Notes: generated by a model from the sequence alone, not told the origin. 64,000 nucleotides of DNA from Alphaproteobacteria bacterium (GCA_965227515.1 CBDDFZ010000001.1:256001-320000), one strand, 5' to 3'. Positions 1 through 10,642 are shown, numbered from the stretch's first letter. A program made the numbers and translations.

Positions 1-1
1 G

Positions 2-235
2 GCGCACCGCTTCGCCATCGGTACCCACCGGGCGAAGCGCTCGGCCCAGATCGCGCGCTCGGTGCTGGACGAAATCCCCGGCATCGGGGCGGCGCGCAAG
101 AAGGCGCTGCTGCTGCACTTCGGTTCGGCGCGCGGGGTGCAGAGCGCCGGCGTGTCCGACCTCGCCCAGGTCGCCGGCATCAACCAGGGCGTCGCCCAGC
201 GCATCTACGACTTCTTCCACGAGGGGAAGTCATAG
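2..235 (+). CDS. uvrC: Excinuclease ABC subunit C, C-terminal fragment (5' truncated by window edge)
   Basis: Frame 2 reads [14 protein letters not shown]...[23 protein letters not shown]...VAGIN...IYDFFH*, the UvrC HRFAI motif plus tandem HhH; stop TAG 233-235. Confidence 0.93.
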   Translation, partial: AHRFAIGTHRAKRSAQIARSVLDEIPGIGAARKKALLLHFGSARGVQSAGVSDLAQVAGINQGVAQRIYDFFHEGKS

Positions 236-251
236 CCATGACGGGGTTTCC

Positions 252-602
252 TTGAGCACCGCAATCACCGAACGCCTGCGCGCGATCTGCCTGGCGCTGC
301 CGGAGGCGACCGAGAAGGAGGCGTGGGGCGACCCCACGTTCCGCATCCGCGACAAGATCTTCGCGATGGAGAAGCGCGGCGACGGACGGGTCTCGATCTG
401 GTGCAAAGCGGCACCCGGCAGCCAGGAGATCCTGGTCGGCGCCGACCCCGAGACCTTCTTCGTGCCGCCCTATGTCGGCCACAAGGGCTGGGTCGGCATG
501 CGGCTGGACAACGATCCCAACTGGGACGAGGTCGCCACCGTGGTCGGGCGCAGCTACGCGCTGATCGCCCCGAAGAAGTTGGCCGCGTTGGTCGAGACAT
601 GA
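252..602 (+). CDS. MmcQ/YjbR family protein
   Basis: Motifs LALPEATE, WGDPTFRIRDKIFA, FFVPPYVGHKGWVG, SYALIAPKKL. Confidence 0.85.
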   Translation: MSTAITERLRAICLALPEATEKEAWGDPTFRIRDKIFAMEKRGDGRVSIWCKAAPGSQEILVGADPETFFVPPYVGHKGWVGMRLDNDPNWDEVATVVGRSYALIAPKKLAALVET

Positions 603-606
603 CGCA

Positions 607-692
607 CGTAGCCAGGGTGGAGCGGAGCGGAACCCGGGGTCCTCGTCGGCTGGCGCCGAACCCGGGTTGCGTTGCACGCCACCCGGGCTACG
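607..692. repeat. GTAG-type REP doublet (palindromic), copy 1
   Basis: CGTAGCCAGGGTGGAGCGGAGCGGAACCCGGG...CCCGGGTTGCGTTGCACGCCACCCGGGCTACG between convergent genes; related copies at 12533 and 14410. Confidence 0.8.
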
Positions 693-710
693 TTCACGAC
701 CGTGCAGGCA

Positions 711-1472
711 TCAAATCGACCCCGCTTCAACCATGTAGTTGTTGGCGGTGCACATGGCCGCGTCGTCGGAGGCGAGGAACAACACCATGCGGGCGAGGTA
801 GACCGGGTCGATCAGGTCGGGCAGGCACTGCTTCTCGCGGTGCGCCTCCAGCGCTTCCGGCGTCGCCCACAAGGTCTTCTGGCGCTCGGTCATCACCCAG
901 CCCGGCACCACCGTATTGACCCGGATGCGGTGCTTGCCGAGGTCGCGGGCGAAAGCGCGGGTCATGCCGTGCACGGCCGCCTTGGCCGAGGTGTAGACCG
1001 GCATGCCGCCCGCCTTCTCCCACCAGGAATTGGAGCCGAAGTTGACGATCGCGCCCTTGCCGGCGGCGATCATGCCGGGCGCCACCGCCTGGATGGCGAA
1101 GAACATATGGCGCAGATTGGTGGCGATGCGCTCGTCGTAATACTCCGGCGTCACCTCGTCCCAGGGGTGGCGGTCGTCGCGCGCCGCGTTGTTGACCAGC
1201 ACCTGGGCCGGCCCAACCGCCTCGGCCATCGCCGCGAACGCGGTCTTCAGCGCCGCGATGTCGCGCAGGTCGCAGATCTCGTGATGGACGGTGGCGCCCG
1301 TGGCCATGAGCTCGTCGGTCAGCGCGGCACTCCCCCCGGCGTCCATGTCGACGAAGGCGATGCGCGAGCCCTGGGCGGCAAACGCACGCACGATCTGCTC
1401 GCCGATGCCCGACGCGCCGCCGGTGATGAAGACGGCAACATCCTTGAGGCTGGGATAGGTGGCAAACGCCAT
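711..1472 (-). CDS. SDR oxidoreductase, D-xylose 1-dehydrogenase (Caulobacter XylB)-like
   Basis: YPSLKD N-terminus, TGGASGIG, NNAARDDRH, YTSAK catalytic motif, PGWVMTERQ. Confidence 0.8.
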   Translation of the reverse strand: MAFATYPSLKDVAVFITGGASGIGEQIVRAFAAQGSRIAFVDMDAGGSAALTDELMATGATVHHEICDLRDIAALKTAFAAMAEAVGPAQVLVNNAARDDRHPWDEVTPEYYDERIATNLRHMFFAIQAVAPGMIAAGKGAIVNFGSNSWWEKAGGMPVYTSAKAAVHGMTRAFARDLGKHRIRVNTVVPGWVMTERQKTLWATPEALEAHREKQCLPDLIDPVYLARMVLFLASDDAAMCTANNYMVEAGSI

Positions 1473-1547
1473 AATGCGCTCCTGTAATCGATTACGTAAG
1501 TGGATGGGACGGCGGAAGTTGCGGGGCGCGACGCATTCGGGACGGCG

Positions 1548-2189
1548 TCAGCCGTCGGCTTGCAGCACGTCGCAGATGGTGTAGATCAACAGGCGGGTCG
1601 AGGCACCACCGGGATCGGGATGGCCGATCGACCGGTCGCCCAGGAACGAGGCGCGGCCCTTGGTCGCCTTCATCGGGATGGTGGCCTCCAGCGCGGCGTC
1701 GGCCTGGGCGCAGACCTTGCGCATGATCTCGGCAGCGTCGTCGCCGGCCTCGGCCGCGGTGGCCAGCGTGCGCTGCACCGGCACCCACACGTCCAGCATG
1801 GTCTTGGCGCCGACATCGGACTTGCCGCGGGTCTTGATCGCCTCGATACCGGCATCCAGCATGTCGGCGAGGTCGCCGGGCTTGATCAGCTTCAGCTCGT
1901 CGGCCGCCTTGCCCATGGCCATCAGCAGGCTGCCATAGAGCGGGCCAGACGCGCCGCCGACCTTCATCACCAGGGTCATGCCGGCCTTCTTCAGCGCCTC
2001 GCCCATCGGCATGGCGGCGAGATCGTCGGCATTCTCGCTCAGGGCTGCGAAGCCCCGCTTCATGTTGACGCCGTGGTCGCCGTCGCCGATCGCCTGGTCC
2101 AGCTCGGTCAAATGCTGCGCGTTCTCGGCAATTGTCTCGGCCGCGGCACGGATGATGCGCGCCATCAGCGGCCCGTAGTCGACCACCAT
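1548..2189 (-). CDS. dhaL: Dihydroxyacetone kinase ADP-binding subunit L
   Basis: LTELDQAIGDGDHGVNM, GGASGPLYG, GAKTMLD, KGRASFLGDRSIGHPDPG. Confidence 0.93.
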   Translation of the reverse strand: MVVDYGPLMARIIRAAAETIAENAQHLTELDQAIGDGDHGVNMKRGFAALSENADDLAAMPMGEALKKAGMTLVMKVGGASGPLYGSLLMAMGKAADELKLIKPGDLADMLDAGIEAIKTRGKSDVGAKTMLDVWVPVQRTLATAAEAGDDAAEIMRKVCAQADAALEATIPMKATKGRASFLGDRSIGHPDPGGASTRLLIYTICDVLQADG

Positions 2190-2339
2190 GTGTCCTCCCC
2201 TGGAAATTGAACTCGTGATTGCGGGCCAGAGTGCGGCGACAGCGGTGCGCCGTCAAGCCGCGCCTGCTTGCGGGCCGGGCCGGCCGGGGCTATCACGGGT
2301 GCGCGCGGCGACGTCCCGCCAACACCACACGGACTGAAC

Positions 2340-3647
2340 ATGATCCCTCGCTACTCCCGGCCGGAGATGGCCGCCATCTGGTCGCCGGAAACCAAGTTCC
2401 AGATCTGGCTCGACATCGAGACCCTGGCGACCGAGGCACAGGCGAAGATCGGCGCGGTGCCCCAGGAGGCCGCCAAGGCGGTGCGGGAACGCGGCGGCTT
2501 CGACGTCGCCCGCATCGACGCCATCGAGGCGGAGGTGAAGCACGACGTCATCGCCTTCCTGACCAGCGTGGCCGAGCACGTGGGGCCCGAGGCGCGCTTT
2601 GTGCACCAGGGCATGACCTCGTCGGACGTGCTGGACACCTGCCTGGCCGTGCAACTGACCCGCGCCGCCGACCTGCTGCTGGCCGACCTGGATGCGCTGC
2701 TGGCCGCGCTGGAGCGCCGCGCGCTGGAGCACAAGGCCACACCGTGCATCGGGCGCAGCCACGGCATTCACGCCGAGCCGACCACGTTCGGCCTGAAGCT
2801 GGCCGGCCACTATGCCGAGTTCGCACGCTGCCGCGAACGGCTGGTCGACGCGCGGCGGGAGGTGGCGACCTGCGCCATCTCCGGTCCCGTGGGCACGTTC
2901 GCGTCCATCGACCCGGCCGTAGAGGCCCATGTGGCGGCGGCACTGGGGCTGGCGGTCGAGCCGGTGTCGACCCAGGTCATCCCGCGGGACCGCCACGCCA
3001 TGTTCTTCTGCGTGCTGGGGGTGATCGCCGGCGCGGTGGAACGGCTGGCAACCGAGATCAGGCACCTGCAGCGCACCGAGGTGCGCGAGGCCGAGGAGTA
3101 CTTCGCACCGAGCCAGAAGGGCTCGTCGGCGATGCCGCACAAGCGCAACCCGGTGCTGAGCGAGAACCTGACCGGGCTGGCCCGCTTGGTGCGCGCCGCC
3201 GTGGTTCCCGCCCTGGAGAACGTCGCCCTGTGGCACGAACGCGACATCTCGCACTCCGCCGTCGAGCGGGTGCAGGCGCCGGATGCGACGGTGACGCTGG
3301 ACTTCGCGCTCGCCCGCCTGACCGGCGTGGTCGACAAGCTGGTGGTCTACCCGGAGCGAATGGCCGAGAACCTGGCGGCGCTGGGCGGCCTCGTCCACTC
3401 GCAACAAGTGCTTCTGGAGTTGACCCAGGCCGGCTTTGCGCGCGAGGACGCCTATCGGATCGTGCAACGCAACGCCATGGCGGTGTGGGCGGACGGCGGG
3501 ACCTTCCGCGAGGCGTTGGCCGCCGATTCCGAGGTCGCCAATGTGCTGGACGACGCAGCGCTTGACCGCGCGTTCTCGCTGGCGCCTCACCAACGGCATG
3601 TGGATGCAGTGTTCGCGCGGGTATTCGAGAAAGGCGGCCCCGCCTGA
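2340..3647 (+). CDS. purB: Adenylosuccinate lyase
   Basis: Start [10 protein letters not shown] at 2340; [30 protein letters not shown] signature. Confidence 0.97.
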   Translation: MIPRYSRPEMAAIWSPETKFQIWLDIETLATEAQAKIGAVPQEAAKAVRERGGFDVARIDAIEAEVKHDVIAFLTSVAEHVGPEARFVHQGMTSSDVLDTCLAVQLTRAADLLLADLDALLAALERRALEHKATPCIGRSHGIHAEPTTFGLKLAGHYAEFARCRERLVDARREVATCAISGPVGTFASIDPAVEAHVAAALGLAVEPVSTQVIPRDRHAMFFCVLGVIAGAVERLATEIRHLQRTEVREAEEYFAPSQKGSSAMPHKRNPVLSENLTGLARLVRAAVVPALENVALWHERDISHSAVERVQAPDATVTLDFALARLTGVVDKLVVYPERMAENLAALGGLVHSQQVLLELTQAGFAREDAYRIVQRNAMAVWADGGTFREALAADSEVANVLDDAALDRAFSLAPHQRHVDAVFARVFEKGGPA

Positions 3648-3979
3648 TGGCCGGCGCGTCCGGCGGCAATGGCCGGCTGATCGCGGTCGCCTTCCTGCAG
3701 GCCTTCGGACTGTTCGTCTGTCTGGTGCTGGCGATGGCGATCGTCACCTCGGCCGGTCTGGCCGAGGGTGGGTTGAACTGGCCGATGATCGCGGCCGGCC
3801 TGGCCTGCGCCTTCTATCTCGCGGCCATCTGGCAATTCATTCGCAGCCTGACGTGGTTCCTGATCGGATTATTGCTGTGGTGCGTAATCTGTTTCGGCCT
3901 GTTGCTCGTGTTGCCGGAATGGATCATGCAATTCACCAGCGCGGTGCCGGCAGCGGCTGAAAATGGGTTCGCGCAATAA
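3647..3979 (+). CDS. Small hypothetical membrane protein (about 3 TM)
   Basis: TGATG overlap with purB stop; three hydrophobic segments. Confidence 0.65.
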   Translation: MAGASGGNGRLIAVAFLQAFGLFVCLVLAMAIVTSAGLAEGGLNWPMIAAGLACAFYLAAIWQFIRSLTWFLIGLLLWCVICFGLLLVLPEWIMQFTSAVPAAAENGFAQ

Positions 3980-4158
3980 CACCTGCGACGCGCGTACTGC
4001 CCAGCCTTTCCTTCAATTCTAGGGCGAGCGGAGAACAGTCCGAAGTTTTAGTTGAACCACTTCCCAGCATTTCAGACGATTTCGAATGGCATTTTAAGTA
4101 AATACTCTTCGTCCTTCCCTTGCACATCCTTTGATCAAACCAATCCCATGTTTGGTAA

Positions 4159-4173
4159 TTAATTGGCCCTTAG
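4159..4173. promoter_or_regulatory. Putative CtrA-binding site
   Basis: TTAA-ttggccc-TTAG (TTAA-N7-TTAA with one mismatch) in an AT-rich region about 110 bp upstream of a chemoreceptor gene. Confidence 0.4.
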
Positions 4174-4280
4174 GGAATTTCTGATTCTATCCAAATACGC
4201 AGACGACGCGAACGCCGGGATAGAGCGCCCGTTGATTGACCGCTCATACCCGGCACGCCGACCAAAATGGGGTGTACATT

Positions 4281-5765
4281 ATGAAGACCAGCGTGCTGAA
4301 GGCCACGCTCGATGCGGTATTGGAGTCCCAGGCCGTCATTGAATTTCAGATGGATGGAACGATCCTAACCGCGAATGCGAATTTCCTCGACGCGATGGGC
4401 TATTCGCTGGACGAGATCAAGGGCAAGCACCACAGCATGTTCGTCGATCCGGCGGAAGCGAACGGAGCGCCATACAAGGCGTTCTGGGAGAGCTTGCGCC
4501 GCGGCGACTTTCAGGCCGCGGAGTTCATGCGGGTTGCCAATGGTGGCCGGACGATCTGGATCCAGGCCGTCTACTGCCCAATCAAGGACTCGCGTGGCAG
4601 GCCGACCAAGGTGGTGAAGTTCGCCACCGACATCACCGCACGCAAGCTGGAGAACGCCAACTATCAAGGACAGATCGAGGCCATCGGCAAGTCCCAGGCG
4701 GTGATCGAGTTCGAGTTGGATGGCACGATTATTACGGCCAACCAGAACTTCCTGGCCACGCTCGGCTACACCCTTGATGAAATCAAAGGCAAGCACCACC
4801 GTATGTTTGTCGACCCGGCCTACGCCGGCTCGGCCGAATACCACCAGTTCTGGGACAATCTCGGGGCCGGGCGATATGACGCCGGCGAGTACAAGCGCAT
4901 GAAGAAGGACGGTGGCGAGATCTGGATCCAGGCCAGCTACAACCCGATCAGCGATCCGATGGGCAAGCCGTTCAAGGTCGTCAAGTACGCGACCGATATC
5001 ACCAAGCAGGTGCTGGCGCGCCAGGAAGCCGATCGGGTCGGCAAGATCATCGATGCCAATCTGGAACAGATTGTGCAGAGCGTCACCAACGCCAACCTGC
5101 AGTCCGCCTCGGCCAACGGTGCTTCGGACCAGACCCTGACGACCGTTCAATCGATCGCCAGCGCCACGGAAGAGCTGGAGGCCACCGCGCGCGAGATCGC
5201 GCAATCCATGGTGGTCTCGCGCAGCGAGGCCGAGAAGGCGATGGCGGAGACCAACGCGACCGACACGTCGACACAGGCGTTGACGAAGGCCGCTGAGTCG
5301 ATGACCAACATCGTCAAGATCATTCAGGACATCGCCAACCAGATCAATCTGCTGGCCCTGAACGCCACCATCGAGTCCGCGCGCGCGGGCGAGGCCGGCA
5401 AGGGATTTGCCGTCGTTGCGTCCGAGGTCAAGTCGCTGGCCAACCAGGTGGCGTCCGCGACCGAGCAGATCACCGACGAGATCGCCGGCGTTCAGTCGGT
5501 CTCGGCCGAGGTGGTCAATCGTCTCAACGCGATCAAGCACGCGGTCGAATCGGTACAGACGAGTGTCACTGGCACGGCCAGCGCCTCCGAAGAGCAGAGC
5601 ATGACGATCCGCGAGATCGCCTCGAACATGCAGACCGCGTCCTCGGCTGTCAGCGACACCAGCGACGGGCTGAAGGGCGTCAGCCAGGCGATCGAGGAAG
5701 CCAACGCACTCGCCGACGAAGGCATCCGCCTTTACCGGGAGATGCAGTCCCAGCAAGCCGCCTAG
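4281..5765 (+). CDS. Soluble methyl-accepting chemotaxis protein with two PAS domains
   Basis: Two SQAVIEF..DGTI..AN.NFL PAS repeats; [34 protein letters not shown] signalling domain; no TM segment. Confidence 0.93.
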   Translation: MKTSVLKATLDAVLESQAVIEFQMDGTILTANANFLDAMGYSLDEIKGKHHSMFVDPAEANGAPYKAFWESLRRGDFQAAEFMRVANGGRTIWIQAVYCPIKDSRGRPTKVVKFATDITARKLENANYQGQIEAIGKSQAVIEFELDGTIITANQNFLATLGYTLDEIKGKHHRMFVDPAYAGSAEYHQFWDNLGAGRYDAGEYKRMKKDGGEIWIQASYNPISDPMGKPFKVVKYATDITKQVLARQEADRVGKIIDANLEQIVQSVTNANLQSASANGASDQTLTTVQSIASATEELEATAREIAQSMVVSRSEAEKAMAETNATDTSTQALTKAAESMTNIVKIIQDIANQINLLALNATIESARAGEAGKGFAVVASEVKSLANQVASATEQITDEIAGVQSVSAEVVNRLNAIKHAVESVQTSVTGTASASEEQSMTIREIASNMQTASSAVSDTSDGLKGVSQAIEEANALADEGIRLYREMQSQQAA

Positions 5766-6120
5766 GACCACCAAGCCCGACAGTCGCGCGTGCCGCCCCG
5801 CTACACGGCGCGCCGCGGCTGCCGGTCCGTTCTTCCCGCCCGTCGACAGGGCCGAGACCGTCGAACAAGCCCCCGCGATCTCGATAAAGCAGCGACAGCC
5901 GCTAGAACAACCTCGATAACATCATTTAATTGCAACTTGCACACCCAGTACTGATCAGCCTGTTCAGCCAACAATGCTGAACGGGCCGCCTCCCGTTGTG
6001 CCAATTGACCAATTTTTAGAACATTGATGCTCGAATACGCCTGGATGTCTTCGGAATTTCCGGTCAACGCGGGTCCGATGACGGGGCTTGGGCAATTTTT
6101 TGAGTGAAAAGGTTGGGCTG

Positions 6121-7605
6121 ATGAACGGATCGGTGCTGAAGGCAATTCTGGCTGCGGTACATCGCTCGCAGGCGGTCATCGAGTTTGAACTGGACGGAAC
6201 GATCATCACGGCCAATTCGAACTTCCTGGACGCCATGGGCTATACCCTGGATGAAGTGAAGGGCAAGCACCACCGTATGTTCGTCAGCCCTGAATATGCG
6301 GACAGCGAGGAATACAAGGCATTCTGGGAGAGCCTGCGCAAGGGCCACTTCCAGGCCGCCGAGTACAAGCGATTTGCCAAGGGCGGCAAGGAGATCTGGA
6401 TCCAGGCCACCTACAACCCGGTGCTGAACGGATCCGGCAAGCCCATTCGCGTCATCAAGTTCGCCACCGATGTCACCGCCCAGAAGCTGCGCAACGCGGA
6501 CTACCAGGGCCAGATCGAGGCGATCCACAAGTCCCAGGCGGTGATCGAATTCAACCTCGACGGCACCATCCTGAAAGCCAACGAGAACTTCTGCCGGGCC
6601 CTGGGCTACCGCGAGCACGAAATCGTCGGCAAACACCATCGCATGTTCGTCGATACGGCATATGCAAACTCGGACGACTATCACCGTTTCTGGGAAACGC
6701 TCTCGCGCGGCCAGTTCCTGTCGGGCGAGTTCAAGCGCGTCGACAAGAGCGGCAACGAAGTCTGGATCCAGGCCAGCTACAACCCGATCTTCGATCCTGA
6801 CGGCCGCCCGTTCAAAGTGGTCAAGTTTGCTTCCGACATCACTGAGCAGGTGCATGCGCGCATGGAGGCCGAGCGCGTCGCGGAGTCCATCGAGCGGAAC
6901 CTAGACAACATCGTCGAAAGCGTGAACGCGGCCAGCATGCAGTCGGCATCGGCGTCGAGCGCCTCCGATCAAACGTCGTCCATGGTGCAGGCGGTCGCCA
7001 GCGCCACCGAGGAGTTGGAGGCCACGACCCGCGAGATCGCCCATTCCATGACCATGTCGCAGACGGACGCGGAAAGGGCGATGTCGGAGACAGAGGCAAC
7101 CGATTCGTCCACCCAGGATCTGGCGAAGGTCGCGGAATCGATGACCAATATCGTCAAGATCATCCAGGACATCGCCAACCAGATCAACCTGTTGGCGCTG
7201 AATGCCACCATCGAGTCCGCGCGCGCCGGCGAGGCCGGCAAGGGCTTTGCCGTGGTCGCATCGGAGGTGAAGACGCTCGCCAATCAGGTCGCGTCGGCGA
7301 CTGAGCAGATCAGCGAGGAGATCAGCGGCGTTCAGACGGTCTCGGGCAAGGTGGTCGAGCGGCTGTCAGCCATCAAACGCGCCGTGGAGTCGGTGCAGAC
7401 CAGTGTCACCAGTTCCGCGTCGGCCATTGAAGAGCAGAACATGGCGATGAAGGAGATCGCGACCAACATGCAGACCGCCGCGCAAGCGGTCAGCGATACG
7501 GGCGATGGGCTGAACGGCGCCAATGACGCAATTGGCCGCGCCAACGAGTTCGCCAACGAGGTGCTGCGGCTGCATCACGAATCCAAGGCAGCCCAAGCGG
7601 CCTAG
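6121..7605 (+). CDS. Soluble PAS-PAS methyl-accepting chemotaxis protein, tandem paralogue
   Basis: Same architecture and length as 4281-5765 with the same signalling hairpin. Confidence 0.93.
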   Translation: MNGSVLKAILAAVHRSQAVIEFELDGTIITANSNFLDAMGYTLDEVKGKHHRMFVSPEYADSEEYKAFWESLRKGHFQAAEYKRFAKGGKEIWIQATYNPVLNGSGKPIRVIKFATDVTAQKLRNADYQGQIEAIHKSQAVIEFNLDGTILKANENFCRALGYREHEIVGKHHRMFVDTAYANSDDYHRFWETLSRGQFLSGEFKRVDKSGNEVWIQASYNPIFDPDGRPFKVVKFASDITEQVHARMEAERVAESIERNLDNIVESVNAASMQSASASSASDQTSSMVQAVASATEELEATTREIAHSMTMSQTDAERAMSETEATDSSTQDLAKVAESMTNIVKIIQDIANQINLLALNATIESARAGEAGKGFAVVASEVKTLANQVASATEQISEEISGVQTVSGKVVERLSAIKRAVESVQTSVTSSASAIEEQNMAMKEIATNMQTAAQAVSDTGDGLNGANDAIGRANEFANEVLRLHHESKAAQAA

Positions 7606-7646
7606 CGGAGACGGCGCCCCGGCGCCGCCAGCCCCCCAACGACGAG

Positions 7647-7680
7647 ACGGTCCGCACCCCGCAGGTGCGGGCCGTTATTT
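7647..7680. terminator. Hairpin terminator between convergent genes
   Basis: ACGGTCCGCACC-ccgca-GGTGCGGGCCGT followed by TATTT. Confidence 0.55.
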
Positions 7681-7716
7681 CATGCGTGCGCCCGCAATAG
7701 GCGGAGGCCGGGAATA

Positions 7717-8043
7717 TCAGCCGGCTTCGGCCTGGAGCTGGGCCAGCGCCGTCGACAGCAGTTCTTCCATCTGCTTGCGCAGCCGGTGCTCCGACATTTC
7801 CACGCCGCGTTCCTGGAAGTCCGCCAGCACTTTTTCCACGACATCGTCGTCGCCCGGCTTCTCGAAGTCGGAGATCACGACCTCCTTGGCGTAGGCATCG
7901 GCGGCGGCGGCCTCCAGGCCGAACTGCTGCGCAGCCCACAAGCCGAGCAGCTTGTTGCGCCGGCTCATCGCCTTGAACTGCAATTCCTGGTCGTTCTTGT
8001 ATTTCGCCTCGAAGGCCTTTTCGCGGTCGTTGAACGACGCCAT
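7717..8043 (-). CDS. DUF1476 protein (F1Fo ATPase inhibitor zeta family)
   Basis: MASFNDREKAFEAKY, RRNKLLGLWAA, DFEKPGDDDV. Confidence 0.9.
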   Translation of the reverse strand: MASFNDREKAFEAKYKNDQELQFKAMSRRNKLLGLWAAQQFGLEAAAADAYAKEVVISDFEKPGDDDVVEKVLADFQERGVEMSEHRLRKQMEELLSTALAQLQAEAG

Positions 8044-8296
8044 GTCGGCATGCTCCCGGTTTCAGGTGTTTTGACGTGGTCAAGCTGATCCCCGTTATAT
8101 AGGGGCTTGCAGTGCGTGCAACGACCCTGTGCGCTCAAATGGTCGAGATATTGTGCCCTGGTCCACAATGGCCGGCACATAGCGCGCTCATTGTATTGCC
8201 GGATCGCTGTTGTTATATCCACGGTGTTCACGTCAATCGGAGCGCATGTGCGCATGCGCGGGCGAAGGAGATGGCGGCCTTCCGCCAGACACCCCT

Positions 8297-9061
8297 ATGG
8301 CACGTCGCAGACAGATCTACGAGGGCAAGGCAAAGGTTCTCTACGAGGGCCCGGAGCCGGGCACGATCGTCCAGTACTTCAAGGACGACGCGACCGCCTT
8401 CAACAACACCAAGCGCGGCACGATTACCGGCAAGGGTGTGCTGAACAACCGCATCTCGGAATATTTCATGCAACGGCTGGGCGAGATCGGCGTGCCGACC
8501 CATTTCGTGCGCCGCCTGAACATGCGCGAGCAGCTTGTCCGCGAGGTCGAGATCATCCCGGTCGAGGTGATCATCCGCAACGTTGCCGCCGGCACCTTCG
8601 CCAAGAAGTTCGCCATGCCGGAGGGCACGCCGCTGCCACGGTCCATCGTCGAGTACACCTACAAATCCGACGAATTGGGCGACCCGATGGTGACCGAAGA
8701 GCACATCACCGCCTTCGGCTGGGCGACGCCCCAGGACATCGACGACATCATGGCGCTGTCGCTCAGGATCAACGACTTCCTGTGCGGCCTGCTGTTGGGG
8801 GTCGGTATTCGGCTGGTCGACTTCAAGCTGGAGTTCGGCCGGCTGTGGAACAACGAGGAAATGCGCATCGTGCTGGCTGACGAGATCAGCCCCGACAGCT
8901 GCCGGCTGTGGGACATCGACACCAACGAGCGCATGGACAAGGACCGCTTCCGCCGCGACATGGGCAATGTCGAAGAAGCGTACCAGGAAGTGGCCCGCCG
9001 TCTCGGCATCCTGCCGGATGCCGGCCCGCGTGACATGAAGGGCCCGTCGACCATACAGTAG
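8297..9061 (+). CDS. purC: SAICAR synthetase
   Basis: [47 protein letters not shown]. Confidence 0.97.
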   Translation: MARRRQIYEGKAKVLYEGPEPGTIVQYFKDDATAFNNTKRGTITGKGVLNNRISEYFMQRLGEIGVPTHFVRRLNMREQLVREVEIIPVEVIIRNVAAGTFAKKFAMPEGTPLPRSIVEYTYKSDELGDPMVTEEHITAFGWATPQDIDDIMALSLRINDFLCGLLLGVGIRLVDFKLEFGRLWNNEEMRIVLADEISPDSCRLWDIDTNERMDKDRFRRDMGNVEEAYQEVARRLGILPDAGPRDMKGPSTIQ

Positions 9062-9120
9062 GCTCTAGAGCTGATCGATTGAGTCGGCACCGCGAAACCG
9101 GTCAGGGGAGCAGCCCAGAG

Positions 9121-9363
9121 TTGAAAGCGCACGTGATGATCATGCCCAAGACGGGCGTCCACGACCCGCAGGGCGACGCCATCGCCAACGCCCTGCGCAC
9201 GCTCGGCTTCAGCGACGTGCACGGCGCGCGCCAGGGCAAGATGATCGAGATCGAGTTCGAGGGCGACGATGCCGCCGCGGCGCGCCAGACCGTTGTCGAC
9301 ATGTGCGAGAAGCTGCTGGCCAACACGGTCATCGAATCCTACCGCATCCACGTCGAGGCCTAG
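9121..9363 (+). CDS. purS: FGAM synthase subunit PurS
   Basis: TTG start; DPQG, RQGK, MCEKLLANTVIE. Confidence 0.92.
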   Translation: MKAHVMIMPKTGVHDPQGDAIANALRTLGFSDVHGARQGKMIEIEFEGDDAAAARQTVVDMCEKLLANTVIESYRIHVEA

Positions 9364-9546
9364 TGTCCCGAATCTGAAGTTCGTAACAGTATCTGCTGGC
9401 CTCGATCGAACTTCAGATTCGATTGGGACACTAGCAACATATTGTTTCTAGTGTGGTTTTCGGTTTCGAAGTTCGCGCAGGTACCACCGCAGTTGTATGG
9501 CGAACTTCGAGACCACCACACTAGATCGTTTCTCGCTTGCGCTGAG
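9360..9546 (+). mobile_element. CTAG-punctuated MITE-like element, family A copy 1
   Basis: 187 bp with two long hairpins each bounded by CTAG; reverse complement of 51591-51777 with 5 mismatches by manual alignment. Confidence 0.85.
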
Positions 9547-9558
9547 GCAGCCGCACCC

Positions 9559-9590
9559 TGAGCATCTGCCCACCTTTGAGCAAATGCTCA
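9559..9590. promoter_or_regulatory. Tandem putative operator pair of the adjacent SorC-family regulator, downstream of the regulator gene
   Basis: TGAGCATCTGCCCA and palindromic TGAGCAAATGCTCA; similar pair at 10610-10642. Confidence 0.5.
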
Positions 9591-9607
9591 GAATGCCGTC
9601 TCTCGGT

Positions 9608-10567
9608 TCAATCGCCCCCGGTCGCGTCCAGCACCGCGCGGGCGGTATCCTCGTCGGTCACAAGGCCGGTCACCAGGCGCCCGCGCAAGGCACCGGCAAT
9701 CGCCTCCAGCTTGTTGCTGCCGGTGGCGATCGCGATGATCTGGCGCGGCGCCAGTTGCTTGGGGCTCAGGCTGAGTGCCCGGGCATTGACCGACCCCTCG
9801 ATCAACTGGCCGTCGCGGTCGAAGGCCCAACCGCCGATCTCGCCCACCGCGCCCAGATCGGAAAGCTCGCCCAACTCGTCATCGGTGATAAAACCGTCGG
9901 CATGAAGCGGTCCGTTCCACGACAGGTTTCCGACGCCGACGAACGTCGCCTTGGCCGATTGCGCCAGCCCGGCCAGGATGGCGACCGACCGCTGCGCGGC
10001 CAGCACGTCGCGCTCCTCCAGCGTGTCGGCGATCAACGGCGTGGGCCGGGGAAAGCATTGGCAGCCCAGCCGGTCGCCCAGCCGCATCACCACGTCATAT
10101 CTGTTCGCGGACGCATCGCGCGCGATGCTGCCGACCACGGAGACGATCTTGTGCTGGGGGCGCTCCATCGGACTGATCATATCGACCATCGCCCGGAGCG
10201 CGCGCCCGCTGGTCACCGCGATCGTGGTCGGCGCGGTCGCGGAGAGCAGACGCTCCATCCGCACCGCCGCGGCGGCGGCCACGCTGGCCAACGTGGCCGG
10301 CGGGTTCTCGGCCAAGCCCGGCACCACGTCCGCCACGTCCAGCGCGAACCGCTCGCGCAGGGTCTCGGCCAACTGGGCACAGGCGCTGATCGGCCGGGTC
10401 ACCTGCACGCGGATCAGTTGCTGCGAGATCGCCAGCGCGATGAGCCTTTGGGCGGCCGGCCGCGAGACGTCCAGCTTGGCGGCAATCTCGTCCTGGGTGT
10501 TGCCGGCCACGTAGTAGAGCCACGCCGCACGGGTCGCGAGGTCCAGCTTGTCGTCACTCGTTGTCAT
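9608..10567 (-). CDS. Sugar-binding transcriptional regulator, SorC family
   Basis: RAAWLYYVAGNTQDEIA HTH; sugar-binding domain with GAVGEIGGWAFD and LVTDEDTA. Confidence 0.9.
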   Translation of the reverse strand: MTTSDDKLDLATRAAWLYYVAGNTQDEIAAKLDVSRPAAQRLIALAISQQLIRVQVTRPISACAQLAETLRERFALDVADVVPGLAENPPATLASVAAAAAVRMERLLSATAPTTIAVTSGRALRAMVDMISPMERPQHKIVSVVGSIARDASANRYDVVMRLGDRLGCQCFPRPTPLIADTLEERDVLAAQRSVAILAGLAQSAKATFVGVGNLSWNGPLHADGFITDDELGELSDLGAVGEIGGWAFDRDGQLIEGSVNARALSLSPKQLAPRQIIAIATGSNKLEAIAGALRGRLVTGLVTDEDTARAVLDATGGD

Positions 10568-10609
10568 GGTCGTTCCGGGTCGCGCGATATGCTTGATCTG
10601 GGCTTTCGG

Positions 10610-10642
10610 TGAGCGATTATACGCGAAATGAGCGAATGATCA
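10610..10642. promoter_or_regulatory. Putative operator pair in the divergent regulator/SDR promoter
   Basis: TGAGCGATTATACG and TGAGCGAATGATCA just upstream of RBS GGAGG and ATG 10659. Confidence 0.5.

Noticed and set aside
9497-10612. ORF starting MANFETTTL, also the N-terminal extension of the pirin ORF to 51640
   Set aside because: The shared N-terminus is just the MITE sequence. The rest is antisense shadow of the SorC regulator, and pirin really starts at 51487.
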